Shown here: piece after piece, positions 52,240 through 62,722 of the stretch | Position numbering within the stretch: position 1 is the stretch's first letter | Layout: every line of letters begins with the position of its first letter | Assembly: GCA_963708295.1 (NCBI GenBank) | Contig: CAVPSJ010000004.1 | Coordinates: forward strand, 800,001 to 864,000 | DNA length: 64,000 nt | Direction: 5' to 3' | Origin: an uncultured delta proteobacterium | GTDB taxonomy: Bacteria > Desulfobacterota > BSN033 > UBA1163 | Translations under genes and position numbers: made by a program | Notes under the pieces: model-generated | What the model was told of the DNA's origin: nothing | Databases searched by the model: none | The model's input: only the letters and a program-made list of their open reading frames with translations

Positions 52240-52977
52240 ATGAGAACTTTATTACTGTTTATCAATTTCCTTTCCGCGGTCATGGTTGTCGCTGCCCTTG
52301 CTCAAGAGAAGTTTGAGACAGATATCATTAAGACATCGGCAGGCGACTTAAAGATCACCTTCCTCGGGCATGGCACATTGATGTTCAACTTTGGAGGAAA
52401 GGTGATCCATGTGGATCCTTACAGTGATGTCGCTGATTATAACTCCCTCCCGAAAGCCCAAATCATACTCCTCACCCACGAGCACAGGGACCACCTCGAC
52501 CTGAAGGCCTTGAATGCGATCCGGACGGAAAAGACGGTGGTGGTGTTAACCGAGGCCTGTGCAAAGCAGGTGCAGGGAGGGGTTGTGATGAAAAACGGCG
52601 ATATGGAAACTGTGGAAGGATTAAAAATCGAGGCCGTGCCCGCCTACAATATTGTCCATAAACGAGACACCGGACAACCTTTCCATCCGAAGGGGGCAGG
52701 CAACGGGTACATCATCACCTTCGGGGATAAGCGGGTCTACATGGCTGGCGATTCGGAGAACACCCCTGAAATGAAGGTCCTGAAAAACATTGACATCGCC
52801 TTCCTCCCCATGAACCTTCCTTACACGATGACTCCCGAGATGGTGTCGGATGCGGCAAAGGCGTTCAAACCCAAGATCCTTTATCCCTATCACTTTGGTG
52901 AAACGGATACCTCAGAGGTAGTGAGCCTGCTGAAGGGAACTCCGGGGGTTGAGGTCCGCATCCGAAAAATGAAATAG
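52240..52977 (+). CDS. Exported MBL-fold metallo-hydrolase (UPF0173/UlaG-like)
   Basis: Signal peptide; LTHEHRDHLD, FHPKG, YMAGDS, YPYH. Confidence 0.88.
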   Translation: MRTLLLFINFLSAVMVVAALAQEKFETDIIKTSAGDLKITFLGHGTLMFNFGGKVIHVDPYSDVADYNSLPKAQIILLTHEHRDHLDLKALNAIRTEKTVVVLTEACAKQVQGGVVMKNGDMETVEGLKIEAVPAYNIVHKRDTGQPFHPKGAGNGYIITFGDKRVYMAGDSENTPEMKVLKNIDIAFLPMNLPYTMTPEMVSDAAKAFKPKILYPYHFGETDTSEVVSLLKGTPGVEVRIRKMK

Positions 52978-53004
52978 GACGATTCTTGTTTTGTGCCTCG
53001 GGAG

Positions 53005-53270
53005 CTAAATCCTTCTTTGTTTTTGCCTTCCGTGGGGTATCCCGAGCTTCCTCATACGGTGCCGGAGCGTACTGGGATTTATGCCCAGCAGTTGCGCGGC
53101 CCCGGAGGGTCCATGAACCCTTCCCTTTGGTCGTGTCTAAGGCATGTTTGATGTGATTTGAAATAACGTGATCGAGGTTTAAGAAATCATCTCTTCGGGT
53201 CGTCGATTCTTCATGTTCTTCACAGTCATCCGGTCAAACGATGTTATCCAAAACCAGGGGGCCCCGGTTT
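53005..53270 (-). pseudogene. 3' remnant of a sigma54-dependent activator (Fis HTH), paralogous to 63462-63727
   Basis: Aligns by eye with the 63462 gene end (LLGINPSTLRHRMRKL); internal TGA replacing TGG; no AAA+ domain upstream. Confidence 0.8.
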
Positions 53271-53491
53271 CCTCGAAGCCGATACCGTTGTCCCTTAAGG
53301 CCAATCTCTATCTGGAATGTTCGCCCATCTCCTTGACTGCGTTGATATTGCCACCCGTTGGTCTGAGGGTGCTCATAGAAGAAGAAAATATTTCGAAGAA
53401 ACATGACCAGCAGTAATTCTTATTGACTTTTCCTCACAAAATGAATAGGGTTTCATTGCCTACCTTAGCTTTTGAAAGGAGCCCCAAATGG

Positions 53492-54279
53492 ATGAGAATT
53501 AAGAAAGTGGCAATTGTGACAGGAGGAAGCTATGGCATTGGTAAGGCATGTGCCGCCGTTTTTGCGGAGTCGGGAATGGATATTGCCATCCTTAGCAGAA
53601 AGCGTAAGGAGGGTTTGGAAACTAGAGAGGAAATATGCAAATTTGGGACGAAAGTTATTCATATCGAAACAGATGTTTCCGATAAAGAACAGGTAAGAAG
53701 ATCCGTCGCCCAGGTTTCTGATGAATTTCGCCGCATCGATATCTTGGTAAACAATGCCGGAATCGTAACTCCCGTTAAGTTCTTTTTGAACAGACGGATG
53801 AAGATTGGGACTGCGTAATCAAAGTGAATCTTTACGGCACTTTTTATATGATGAAGGAAGTCGTCCCTATGATGATAAAACAAAGATATGGCAGAATTGT
53901 GAACGTATCCTCCGTGTTAGCTCGTTCCGGGTCTTGCGGCAGGGCCAACTACGTCGTGTCTAAAGGCGGGATAGAGTTGTTGACGATGACGGCGGCGATG
54001 GAACTTGGGGAGTATGGGATTACCGTCAATGTTGTGCGTCCCGGTTTAACGCTTACTCCGCTATCCATAGCACGCGGATATGATTTTAGTGGCGTTGCGA
54101 GGGGAATTCCACGGCAGAGGATAGGGACTCCCAAGGATGTCGCTCGGATAGTTCATTTCCTTGTTCAAGAAGAAGCAGATTATATTACGGGGCAGACCTT
54201 CTCGGGAGATGGGGGCATCGGTTTATGCGGAACGGGGCTCATGCATGCACTGGCCCCTCTAAAACCCAAAGGAGCTTGA
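53492..54279 (+). CDS. SDR family oxidoreductase (1 frameshift)
   Basis: TGGSYGIG, LVNNAG, NVSS, YVVSK, NVVRPG. Confidence 0.9.
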
Positions 54280-54362
54280 GCCGCCTCTTATATCTTAGGG
54301 AAATCAACCTCATTTTTCCTTCCCTGGAGCCGCGGATAAGCGTTTCAATAGGTGCCTTCAAC

Positions 54363-54842
54363 TTAACGGGGAGCGGGTTGCTCTTCCGAGAGACACAATC
54401 GTTGGATTCGCTCTGCAATCGAATCAAACATTTTCTGAGCAAAGTTTCGCTGAAACGGTTTGAGAACCTGCCCCATGAGAGTTCGCCTCCCTTCTTCCAC
54501 TGCCGCACAGGAAACCTCCGTCCGGCCATTATCAACGACTCTCAATTTCATCGTGACCTTCACACCTACCCGGATGGGTCCTCTCCTGACCGAGATGACA
54601 CAGCCATAGGATTCAGGGCGAAGAGTATTCTCCAGTTTTCCCTCTACATAAAAAGGGAAATGGATGAACCCTGCCTTCCATCTCAACACGGCTCGAAAGC
54701 GGTCTAAGCTGACAATATCCACCTGCTCGAAGGGCAGTTCCTGATACGTAACCATGGCCAGTAAGTCCCAAACTTTGATTTGCGAAGCTCCGACGAAAAA
54801 GCTCTTTTGCACAATGGTTTGCCTTGAAGAGACTACGTCCAC
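54363..54842 (-). CDS. SRPBCC/CoxG-like protein
   Basis: F.V.A...KVWDLL N-terminus and a C-terminal amphipathic helix. Confidence 0.55.
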   Translation of the reverse strand: MDVVSSRQTIVQKSFFVGASQIKVWDLLAMVTYQELPFEQVDIVSLDRFRAVLRWKAGFIHFPFYVEGKLENTLRPESYGCVISVRRGPIRVGVKVTMKLRVVDNGRTEVSCAAVEEGRRTLMGQVLKPFQRNFAQKMFDSIAERIQRLCLSEEQPAPR

Positions 54843-56338
54843 GGGTTTTCTCCTGCTGCATTTTCGCCTGCAATCCGCCCGAATACAATGGCATCCGTAA
54901 GACCCCCGCCCGACAGCGTCAAGAAACCCCAGATTGAACCTAAGCCACCCGCCGCATATAGCCTCGGAATTGGTTTTCTCTGGCTATTGACCACCCTTGC
55001 TTGCCTATCCCGCCGGGGCCCTCCCGCAGCGGTCCCCAGACCGGGCGATATCTCAATGGCGCAATACGGGGGCGTTTGAATAGGCGTCAGCGTTTCCCTG
55101 GTTCTGCCAAATTCAGCCTCTTTGCCTAGTTTGCAGGATTCATTATATCGGGCAACCGTGTTTGTCAGGGTCGCCTCGTCAACCGATATCAGCTTCGCCA
55201 GATCGCCGATCGTTTTGCCCTGCTTGATCCATCCCCTCGTAATCTCTTTCGAATTGTCTAAACTCCATTTATAGTTGTTGGCTCCTGATACAATCCCGCT
55301 TAGAGGGCCCTTTCGCCGGGTGAGATCGTCAAAGATCGCGTAAGCAGGTGGATGGGGATAATTGGGGCGATGAGGAACGTAGGACATAATTAATTTCGAT
55401 ACCTCGTGAATCTCCGAGCCTGTTTCATTTGCAAACCGCCTTCCATCTTTGTCCACGTAAATAAAGCCTGGGGTGTGGAATCTGATCGTAAACGCCGCTT
55501 TGTACTCGGGGGTCTTAAATACGAACCACCCATGGAAGACATTCATATGCCACAATGCAGCTCCAACCTTCTGGGCCATCAGAACGCCATCACCGGTGTT
55601 CCCCGGGTTCCCAATGGCATAAAGAGGTGTCACAGGTAAGAATGTCTCTTTCATCTCTTCGTTATATTCAAAACTACCACATGCCAGAATGACAGCCTTT
55701 TTAGCCTGAATTGAAACTTCGTTGCCTTCCCTTTCGGCGTTAACTGCCACGACCTCTCCTTTCGGGTTTGTCACCAACTCTTTGACCGGAGTGTTGGTTA
55801 TCACCTTTATCCCCCGGCGTTCGACATTATCGGTAAGCAGTCTCCATAGGGGCATGGCGGGGAGTTCGTCAGTCGTCCCTCCAGCAACCCTGCGGAGTTC
55901 CGTATGTTCCCAGCCGGGGACATTTGGCCAGCACGGAAACCCCGATGTAGGATAAGTAACCACCGGGTTCTGGTAAATTACCGTCTCACCGCCCAGGGCT
56001 TTAATCCAGTCATTTATCTTCGTACAGCCTTCGACATAGGCCTCAATCACCCCTCTGTCGGTTTTCCCGAAGCAAAGGGCTTCGACGTGCTGAATCGCTC
56101 CCGGGCCTATCGCAGTAATCAACATGGCTGCAGACAAACGGCTGTTTCCGCCGCCAGCCGGCATTTTTTCCAAGATCACTACTCTAGCACCGTTATCGTG
56201 GGCAGTGATCGCCGCTGCAGCACCCGCACTCCCAAACCCCACAACAACGACATCGGTTTCAACTACCTGATCGATCATGGGAACCTCCGTCCTTGACCAA
56301 AGTGAGCTCCCGTGGAGTTCCACAGGCAGAACCGCCAT
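54833..56338 (-). CDS. FAD-dependent oxidoreductase (FAD_binding_2; ketosteroid dehydrogenase/fumarate reductase flavoprotein superfamily)
   Basis: DVVVVGFGSAG, LEK..GGNS, VILACG, GNTGDG, G.RFANE, IPRLYAAG, GRIAG. Confidence 0.88.
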   Translation of the reverse strand: MAVLPVELHGSSLWSRTEVPMIDQVVETDVVVVGFGSAGAAAAITAHDNGARVVILEKMPAGGGNSRLSAAMLITAIGPGAIQHVEALCFGKTDRGVIEAYVEGCTKINDWIKALGGETVIYQNPVVTYPTSGFPCWPNVPGWEHTELRRVAGGTTDELPAMPLWRLLTDNVERRGIKVITNTPVKELVTNPKGEVVAVNAEREGNEVSIQAKKAVILACGSFEYNEEMKETFLPVTPLYAIGNPGNTGDGVLMAQKVGAALWHMNVFHGWFVFKTPEYKAAFTIRFHTPGFIYVDKDGRRFANETGSEIHEVSKLIMSYVPHRPNYPHPPAYAIFDDLTRRKGPLSGIVSGANNYKWSLDNSKEITRGWIKQGKTIGDLAKLISVDEATLTNTVARYNESCKLGKEAEFGRTRETLTPIQTPPYCAIEISPGLGTAAGGPRRDRQARVVNSQRKPIPRLYAAGGLGSIWGFLTLSGGGLTDAIVFGRIAGENAAGENPWT

Positions 56339-56356
56339 TTCCCCCTTCAGGAATTT

Positions 56357-56617
56357 CTATCCATTGTTCTGAACGTCGTCATTCTCGAACCGGCGCGGCT
56401 TGCCAAAACCAAAAAATATATAGCGAAGATTGGAGGGATTGAGTAAAAATAGCTTTACGAGTGTCATTATATCCTTATGAGTCAGAGCTGCGCTGGCTTG
56501 CCATCCTACCGGTTTGGTGAGTCGGATGGTCATCATGAGGCAGCCATCCCTTTCGCAGAATCCTGCTATATCACCCACTAACTCCACATTTTGGAGTCCG
56601 CTCACTTTCATTTTCAT
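56357..56617 (-). CDS. Small hypothetical protein
   Basis: 86-aa ORF co-oriented between the OYE and FAD enzyme genes. Confidence 0.6.
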   Translation of the reverse strand: MKMKVSGLQNVELVGDIAGFCERDGCLMMTIRLTKPVGWQASAALTHKDIMTLVKLFLLNPSNLRYIFFGFGKPRRFENDDVQNNG

Positions 56618-56698
56618 AATTAAGAATCCCTTCTATTCTGACATTTCGATTATCCGTTCCAATCGCTTTGCGTCCGACATGTAAGAATCCAGTATCAT

Positions 56699-58633
56699 TT
56701 AAATCTGCCGTGCTATACGCGCACCGTCATCAACGGCATCAGCAACGCTTCGGGGCCTTTCACAATCCCCGATCGCATAGATCTCTATATTTCCCCCCTC
56801 AGGGCTTCGTAAAGATTCATATTCGAACGATATCCCAAAGCGATCACGACTGTATCGCCCTTGATCTTCTGTTTCTTACCCGCTCGGTCGACCACCACCA
56901 CCTCTTTGTCCGTAATCTCTTCAATCCGCATCCCTGTTAGTCCTTGAACCCCATACTTGGGCAAGAGGACAAACAACATGTACGTTCTGCAAAGAACGGA
57001 CATATCATAAGCCAGTACAGGGACAGGGAAATGGCTCAACGATCGTGACGTGTTCAGCAAGCCCTTTTGCTGCAATCGTATAAGCCGTGTCCACACCTGC
57101 CCGGTTTCCTCCAATCACGACGACATTCTTCCCGACACGCATCCTTCCGGTGAGAACATCAACAGCCGTAACCACGTGCGATTTCTGGATCCCCGGGATG
57201 GGTGGAATCACTGGTGCGGGAGCACCCGTGGCTACAATGACCACGTCCGGTTTGACCTGCTTGATCACCTCCGGACTGACCTCTCTGCCAAGTTCAACTC
57301 TTACACCGGCGCGGGCGCATTGCCTCACGAGCCAGTCACGAAAATTCAACAAAAGGTCATTCCCTTTGCAAAGACCGATGATTCTCAGATTGCCACCTAA
57401 CTCTGATTCCTTTTCCATAACAGTAACCTGATGTCCCCTGAGTGCGGCCACCCGCGCTGCCTCCAAGCCTCCCGGCCCTCCTCCCGCCACCAATACTCTT
57501 TTAGGATTGCTTGCCCGCCTTATTGCATACTCTTTCTCTCTGCCCACCTCCGGATTGAGACTGCAACCCCTAGCTCCATACCCCAGGCATTCGATGCACT
57601 GGATGCATTGGCGAATATCTTCCAGTCGCCCTTCCTGTACTTTCTTCGGCATATCCGGATCGCAGATCAGCGGCTTGGCCAGTGAGACCACATCGGCCTT
57701 TCCTTTCACAAGAGCTTCTTCCCACAGGACCGGGTCATAACATCCCGAAGCGGAGCAAAAAACCGGTATTTTCAAAACCTTCTTCAATGGCTCCGAATAT
57801 TCCCATATCCCAGTTCTCGGCTGGTGATTGCTATGTCCCCTTCCCTTCTCCGTCACTGCAAACGACTCATGAGTCCCGGCTCTGACATCAATATAATTAA
57901 CCCCTTCCTTTTCCAGAGCGACGGCGAAACGGATACTGTCTTCCAATACAATTCCCCCGGGGGCAAGCTCATCTACAACCATGGCGTAGCCGATCAGGAA
58001 ATCGGGGCCGCATCTTTCACGTATGTCCCGCACGATTTCCAAAGGTAACCTCATTCGGTTCTCGAGACTGCCTCCATAAAGATCCGTTCTTACATTCATT
58101 CTCGGGGAGAAAAATTGCTGCAGCAGGTAGGTGGCGGCCCCATGAGGTGCAACCCCGTCACAACCTGCCCGCTTCACCCTCATTGCCGCTTCAACAAAGA
58201 GTCTCTTGATCTCTTCAATCTCTTCCAGGGTCATCGCCCTTGATTGAAGAATCTCTTGACCGGCCGTCAGGCAGGGAACTCCGGATGGAGAAACAGGATC
58301 GCCCGCAGAGGACCCGCCATGATGCAACTGGACCACAACAGGAACACCCTCTCCGTGAATCGCTTCCGCCAGCGTTCGCAGTCCTGGCACATATCTATCA
58401 TCGTCGATCCGCGGGTATCTCTCTATATTTCTACCCAGCACTTCAAGGAGTCCGGTTGAAATTAATGCCGCCCCCCCCCTTGCGCGGGCACGGTAGTAGT
58501 TGATCACTGACTCCGTTAATTCGCCGTTCTCCGCCCCGAATATTTTCATCATCGGAGCCATGATCATTCGATGCTTCAGCACGAGGCTCCCTACTGCTAT
58601 GGGTTTAAGGATCATTTCAAACTTTTTATCCAT
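56699..58633 (-). CDS. NADH:flavin oxidoreductase (OYE + 4Fe-4S + FAD; 2,4-dienoyl-CoA reductase-like), C-terminal frameshifts
   Basis: MAPM, QLHHGG, RTD.YGGSLENR.R, CIQCIEC..CSLNP, GGGPGGLEAA, tail AIGDC..PRSVADAV. Confidence 0.9.
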
Positions 58634-58674
58634 TTTTTACCCCTTTCGGCATATTCCAGTGCTACCCTTTCCCT

Positions 58675-58968
58675 CAAACGTTCAGCACAATCGTCAGCAC
58701 GTTATATATGTTGAAGTAGATTTTTTTGATCCTGGTTGTTTAGGGTTTCTTTCCACAGGCTCTCCACTTCAGAGGGAGACTCTGGCCGGCCTTTTATGAG
58801 GTGAGTGACGGATAAATTGTCCAAAAGATACTTCATCATATGGACCAGTCCTCCGGGGTAACGGTTACGAAATGCAAATGCACCCCCCGCGTCGAATGGG
58901 AAGATCGCCTTCAGATGGGATGGGTGCATCAAAGCGGCTTGCCACTGAGCGCCGGCAAAAGCGGAAAT
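58675..58968 (-). pseudogene. Internal fragment of a CocE/NonD family hydrolase
   Basis: ISAFAGAQWQAALMHPSHLKAIFPFD...YPGG, bounded by stops, both termini missing. Confidence 0.55.
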
Positions 58969-59269
58969 TCAGCGATACATGAAGTAACAAGAACAACTGA
59001 CCGGGACCGCTTATCCTACTTTACCCGACTTCCTTGGTGAAAGAGAACGCTATTCGCTGTTGACTCAAGACGGCTGGATGTTTCGAATGCGCTCCCTTGT
59101 CACCCACTATGTGACCGGCATATGCTCCCTAGGCGCGCAATATTGAATGAAGTTCCCTTGCCGGGAGGCTACGCAATGTTTACAAGGAGCTTTGCTAACA
59201 AAGACTATCTAGAAACTTTTCAGACCTATCTCTTGTAAATCACCGAGATGAACTTTCTGCGACTCGGTT

Positions 59270-60277
59270 TCAAATACCCGGACCTTCAAATGCCTGGGCT
59301 TCCCTAACAACTTTGAAACCTGACTTGATTAGTGCATCCCGGAGCCATTCAACTTCCTCTTTGGGAATGGGTAGCAATGGAGCTCTCATGTAGGTTGCAG
59401 GTATCTTTCCTGTTAGCCAAGCACATACTTTAAACCGATACGGGAAATGAGTATAAGTCCTCGTCGCACTGCTGAACACCCCCCTTACCGCATCGGCAGA
59501 CGGTGTTAAGCGAGCCTGAATGGAAAATGCTTCATTCAGATCACCGCGATTGATGGCATTGTATACGGCAAGATCTTCTCGAACCCGATAGACCCCTCCG
59601 GAGTTGACGTTACCTTCAAAGCCCGCTAACGTCGCCTCGGCTAATCCGTGGTCTCCGGCGAGAAGTGCGCACACATGTCTGCCTGTTTCTTTCTCCGCCT
59701 CTCTCAGAGCGCCTACGCAGGCGTGCATGATTCGCACGCTGTACATGCACTCCAACTTGAAGGCAACCAGGTTTTTTGTGACCATTGCTAGTGTTTTAAG
59801 GGTTTTCGGGGGGATATAGCCCATCGTTCCGGCAGCCGGGTTAGGCACGGCAAGAGCGATATAGGGAGCTCCTATTTCCTTGTCAAGACCCCTGTAATAG
59901 TCAACCATGGCTTTATCATCGATATCCGGATTCAGCCCATAGATGATAGGGGGCATCACATAGATAAAGTCGGCTCCTGCATCTTTAATTGCTTTACCCT
60001 GCTCAATGGCCATCCACGTCCATCCGCTCTCAGGGATACTGAGCCCCAGTTGAGCCCTACCTTTGACCTCATCCGCCGCAACTTTGAAAAACTTCAGCCT
60101 TTCTTCCATTGAAAGGCCCTCATGGGCGGTTCCGAAAAACATCCGTTTGGCGCCAGCGTCAAGAAAGTCTCTGATCTGCATCCGAATCGCTTCTTCGTCA
60201 AGCACTCTACAGTTCTTGTCTTTCCACACCACGTTTGTGGCGGGACATATACCGGACCAATCCCCTACTTTCTTCAT
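59270..60277 (-). CDS. Dihydrodipicolinate synthase (DapA/NAL) family protein, atypical
   Basis: HEGLSMEER, AGAD..YVMPP, LVAFKLE Schiff-base Lys, LLAGD. Confidence 0.78.
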   Translation of the reverse strand: MKKVGDWSGICPATNVVWKDKNCRVLDEEAIRMQIRDFLDAGAKRMFFGTAHEGLSMEERLKFFKVAADEVKGRAQLGLSIPESGWTWMAIEQGKAIKDAGADFIYVMPPIIYGLNPDIDDKAMVDYYRGLDKEIGAPYIALAVPNPAAGTMGYIPPKTLKTLAMVTKNLVAFKLECMYSVRIMHACVGALREAEKETGRHVCALLAGDHGLAEATLAGFEGNVNSGGVYRVREDLAVYNAINRGDLNEAFSIQARLTPSADAVRGVFSSATRTYTHFPYRFKVCAWLTGKIPATYMRAPLLPIPKEEVEWLRDALIKSGFKVVREAQAFEGPGI

Positions 60278-60367
60278 GACGAACTCCTTTCTTTTGATCT
60301 TGCTTGGTTTGCACTCAATTTAGCCTGTTCTTACGCGTCTGCAGACAGTTTTATCGTTTAAGTTCCT

Positions 60368-61609
60368 CTATTTGCATCTCTGATTTCCAGTTTCTGAGGG
60401 TGGAACAGTCGTCGCCTCCTCCGGGATAACGACCGGTTTCCCCGTATACGGGAACGGGAAAAAATCGTTTTCTCGCACCATCACGGCCGCTCTCACCGGT
60501 GTAACGACCTGATGATCGCAAGGCCTCATGGTCACTTTTCCCCAGGGCATATTAAAGGTGGCCCCCTCCCATGCCTTGATAATCTTTTCTGAATCCGTGC
60601 TTCCGGCTTTCTTCACCGCATCGAAGAGCCATTGGGCTCCCCAGTAGATGTCGTTGACTCCGAAAACCGGACTATAGACCACGGGATCCAAATCTTTGTT
60701 CTTTTCCTTAAAGTCCTGAATAAATTTCCTCTGAACCGGGTTGCTCATATCGATCAAAGTGTGTTCAACCACCACGTGGCCTAAAGCCGCCTCTTTGACG
60801 TCCTGCATGATGTACGGATCGAACAGATATCCCCCTCCCGTGATCGCTTTCCAGCCCAGGTCGGCCCCTGTTTTGATTAAGTTGCTAAGATCAGGTCCGT
60901 AGTTACCAGTAAGAACGACCTCGGCGCCGGAGGCGATCACCTTGCTGACATAGGGGGCAAAGTCTTTCATTCCCACTGGATGGTAGTCTTCTCCCACGAT
61001 TTGTCCGCCGGCAATCTTCTTCAAGTTTTTCTTATATCCATCAGCCACCTCGTGTCCGGCTGAAACATCCGTACAGAGAATGTAGAATTTCTTATATTTC
61101 GCATACGTGGCAAAATATGACATTAAGGCATTGGCTCGCTGAGTGGTACAGATCGTCGTTCTGAAGCTGTAAGGGCTGAACTCCGACCCTGTAATGCTGT
61201 CTGTGGTCGCGTTGTAGATGAGGTGTATCTTCTTGTATTTCTCAGCCACCTTCATCAAGGCCATGGCTGTTGGACTTCCGATGCTGCCCAGTAGGAGGTC
61301 GGCCTTATCTTCAAGGACCAGTTTTGTTGCCTTCCGGGATGTCACATCGGGTTTAAAGGCGCCATCCTCCACAACCAGTACTACCTGCTTCCCCAAAAGT
61401 CCCCCTTTTGCGTTAATTTCGTCAACGGCATATTTTGCACCGATAACGAAACGCTCTCCGGAGCTCTTGAATGGCCCCGAAGTAGCCTCGACCAGCCCCA
61501 TCACAATCTTTCCGTCGGCCCCCTCCGCCGAATTCACCGAACAAATGAGTAGAGTGGATACAAACGAAACCAATAATACTCTCAGCACCAAAAGTCTCAT
61601 CCGTTTCAT
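60368..61609 (-). CDS. Branched-chain-amino-acid-type ABC substrate-binding protein
   Basis: Signal peptide; SGPF, AVDEINAKGGLLG, DF.PY.SK, MRPCDHQ. Confidence 0.9.
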   Translation of the reverse strand: MKRMRLLVLRVLLVSFVSTLLICSVNSAEGADGKIVMGLVEATSGPFKSSGERFVIGAKYAVDEINAKGGLLGKQVVLVVEDGAFKPDVTSRKATKLVLEDKADLLLGSIGSPTAMALMKVAEKYKKIHLIYNATTDSITGSEFSPYSFRTTICTTQRANALMSYFATYAKYKKFYILCTDVSAGHEVADGYKKNLKKIAGGQIVGEDYHPVGMKDFAPYVSKVIASGAEVVLTGNYGPDLSNLIKTGADLGWKAITGGGYLFDPYIMQDVKEAALGHVVVEHTLIDMSNPVQRKFIQDFKEKNKDLDPVVYSPVFGVNDIYWGAQWLFDAVKKAGSTDSEKIIKAWEGATFNMPWGKVTMRPCDHQVVTPVRAAVMVRENDFFPFPYTGKPVVIPEEATTVPPSETGNQRCK

Positions 61610-61765
61610 CTTGACCTCCTCTCCGTTTTTGTCGCTAAACCGTTATCAATGGCTCCGCCAGCCGTATTAAGGCTTTTTTTTCACCTCTTCGATCGGACCG
61701 TGATCCATTCCACAAATCGATGCCCCAGTTTCTCGACAGGAATACCCCAAGCCAGCGCTCACGAC

Positions 61766-62491
61766 TTACTTCCTTTTTGCCACCGTGAAATACTTGCGGT
61801 TAAGGTTTAAAATATGCTTCTCCATTTCCTCTCTGGCTCCCATTAGATTCTTTTCTTTTATGGCCTCATAAATTATCTTGTGGGACTTCAAGACCCTCTT
61901 CGCGTAGTTGGTATCCGGATTGAGCGATTGGATAAATCTTGCTGCCTCATTCATGATCGACTCGATGATCACTTCAAATAGGTAATTTTTTGACGCTTTG
62001 GCTATAAAGACGTGGAAATCCAGACTGGTTCTGTCGGTCGACACCCCATCCGAGAGTTGACGCTCCATTTCTTCGATGTTCTTCCTGAGCAAAACCAGGT
62101 CACTCTTGGTAATCCTCGGTATCGCAAGGTCCAGTACGTCCAACTCGATCGCAAGTCTCGTCTCCGTTAGCCCCCGGTGCGTCAAATTCCCGCATTTGAC
62201 CAAATCCGATATGGACCTTGAAATGGCGGTGGCATCAAGGGCCTTGATGAAAGATCCTCCCCTGTTCCCCTGCTTAATATAGACTAGTCCGGATTGTTCC
62301 AGAATTCGCAATGCTTCTCGCACGACTAACCTTGCTGTGTTGAATTGTTTCGATAATTCCTTTTCAGGCGGTAATTTGTCTCCGGGCTTCAACATTCCCG
62401 AAAAGATCAGCTCCCTGATCTGATCGGATATTTGCTCGAAAATTTTCTTTTTCACTTTGAGAGGTTTAAATAGAGGTTGTTTGGGCATCAT
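61766..62491 (-). CDS. FadR/GntR family regulator (likely leaderless, start 62491)
   Basis: GDKLPPEKEL..F...R.VVREALR.LE..GL; FCD domain FH..IA.AS.N. Confidence 0.92.
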   Translation of the reverse strand: MMPKQPLFKPLKVKKKIFEQISDQIRELIFSGMLKPGDKLPPEKELSKQFNTARLVVREALRILEQSGLVYIKQGNRGGSFIKALDATAISRSISDLVKCGNLTHRGLTETRLAIELDVLDLAIPRITKSDLVLLRKNIEEMERQLSDGVSTDRTSLDFHVFIAKASKNYLFEVIIESIMNEAARFIQSLNPDTNYAKRVLKSHKIIYEAIKEKNLMGAREEMEKHILNLNRKYFTVAKRK

Positions 62492-62527
62492 GTAATGTCT
62501 TATATTAGACATTACTTAATTTGTCAA
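62492..62527 (-). promoter_or_regulatory. Sigma70 promoter overlapped by a 24-bp palindromic operator
   Basis: TTGACA-17-TATAAG-7-ATG on the minus strand; GTAATGTCT-TATATT-AGACATTAC. Confidence 0.75.
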
Positions 62528-62722
62528 GGAATTTTTTCAACCCTTCCTGTGAAGCGGTTTATCTCTGCCGACGGATTGGAATTGCTCCTAAAGGGCGAAA
62601 GGGTTCCCCGTTGGTATGCAGAGGCAACGGCTCACGGACAAGAACAAACTCAAACCGCTTGCCAACCGGCCTGATATGGGTACAATAAGCGAGGGGATCA
62701 ACGTAAAGAAAGGAGGCGACGT

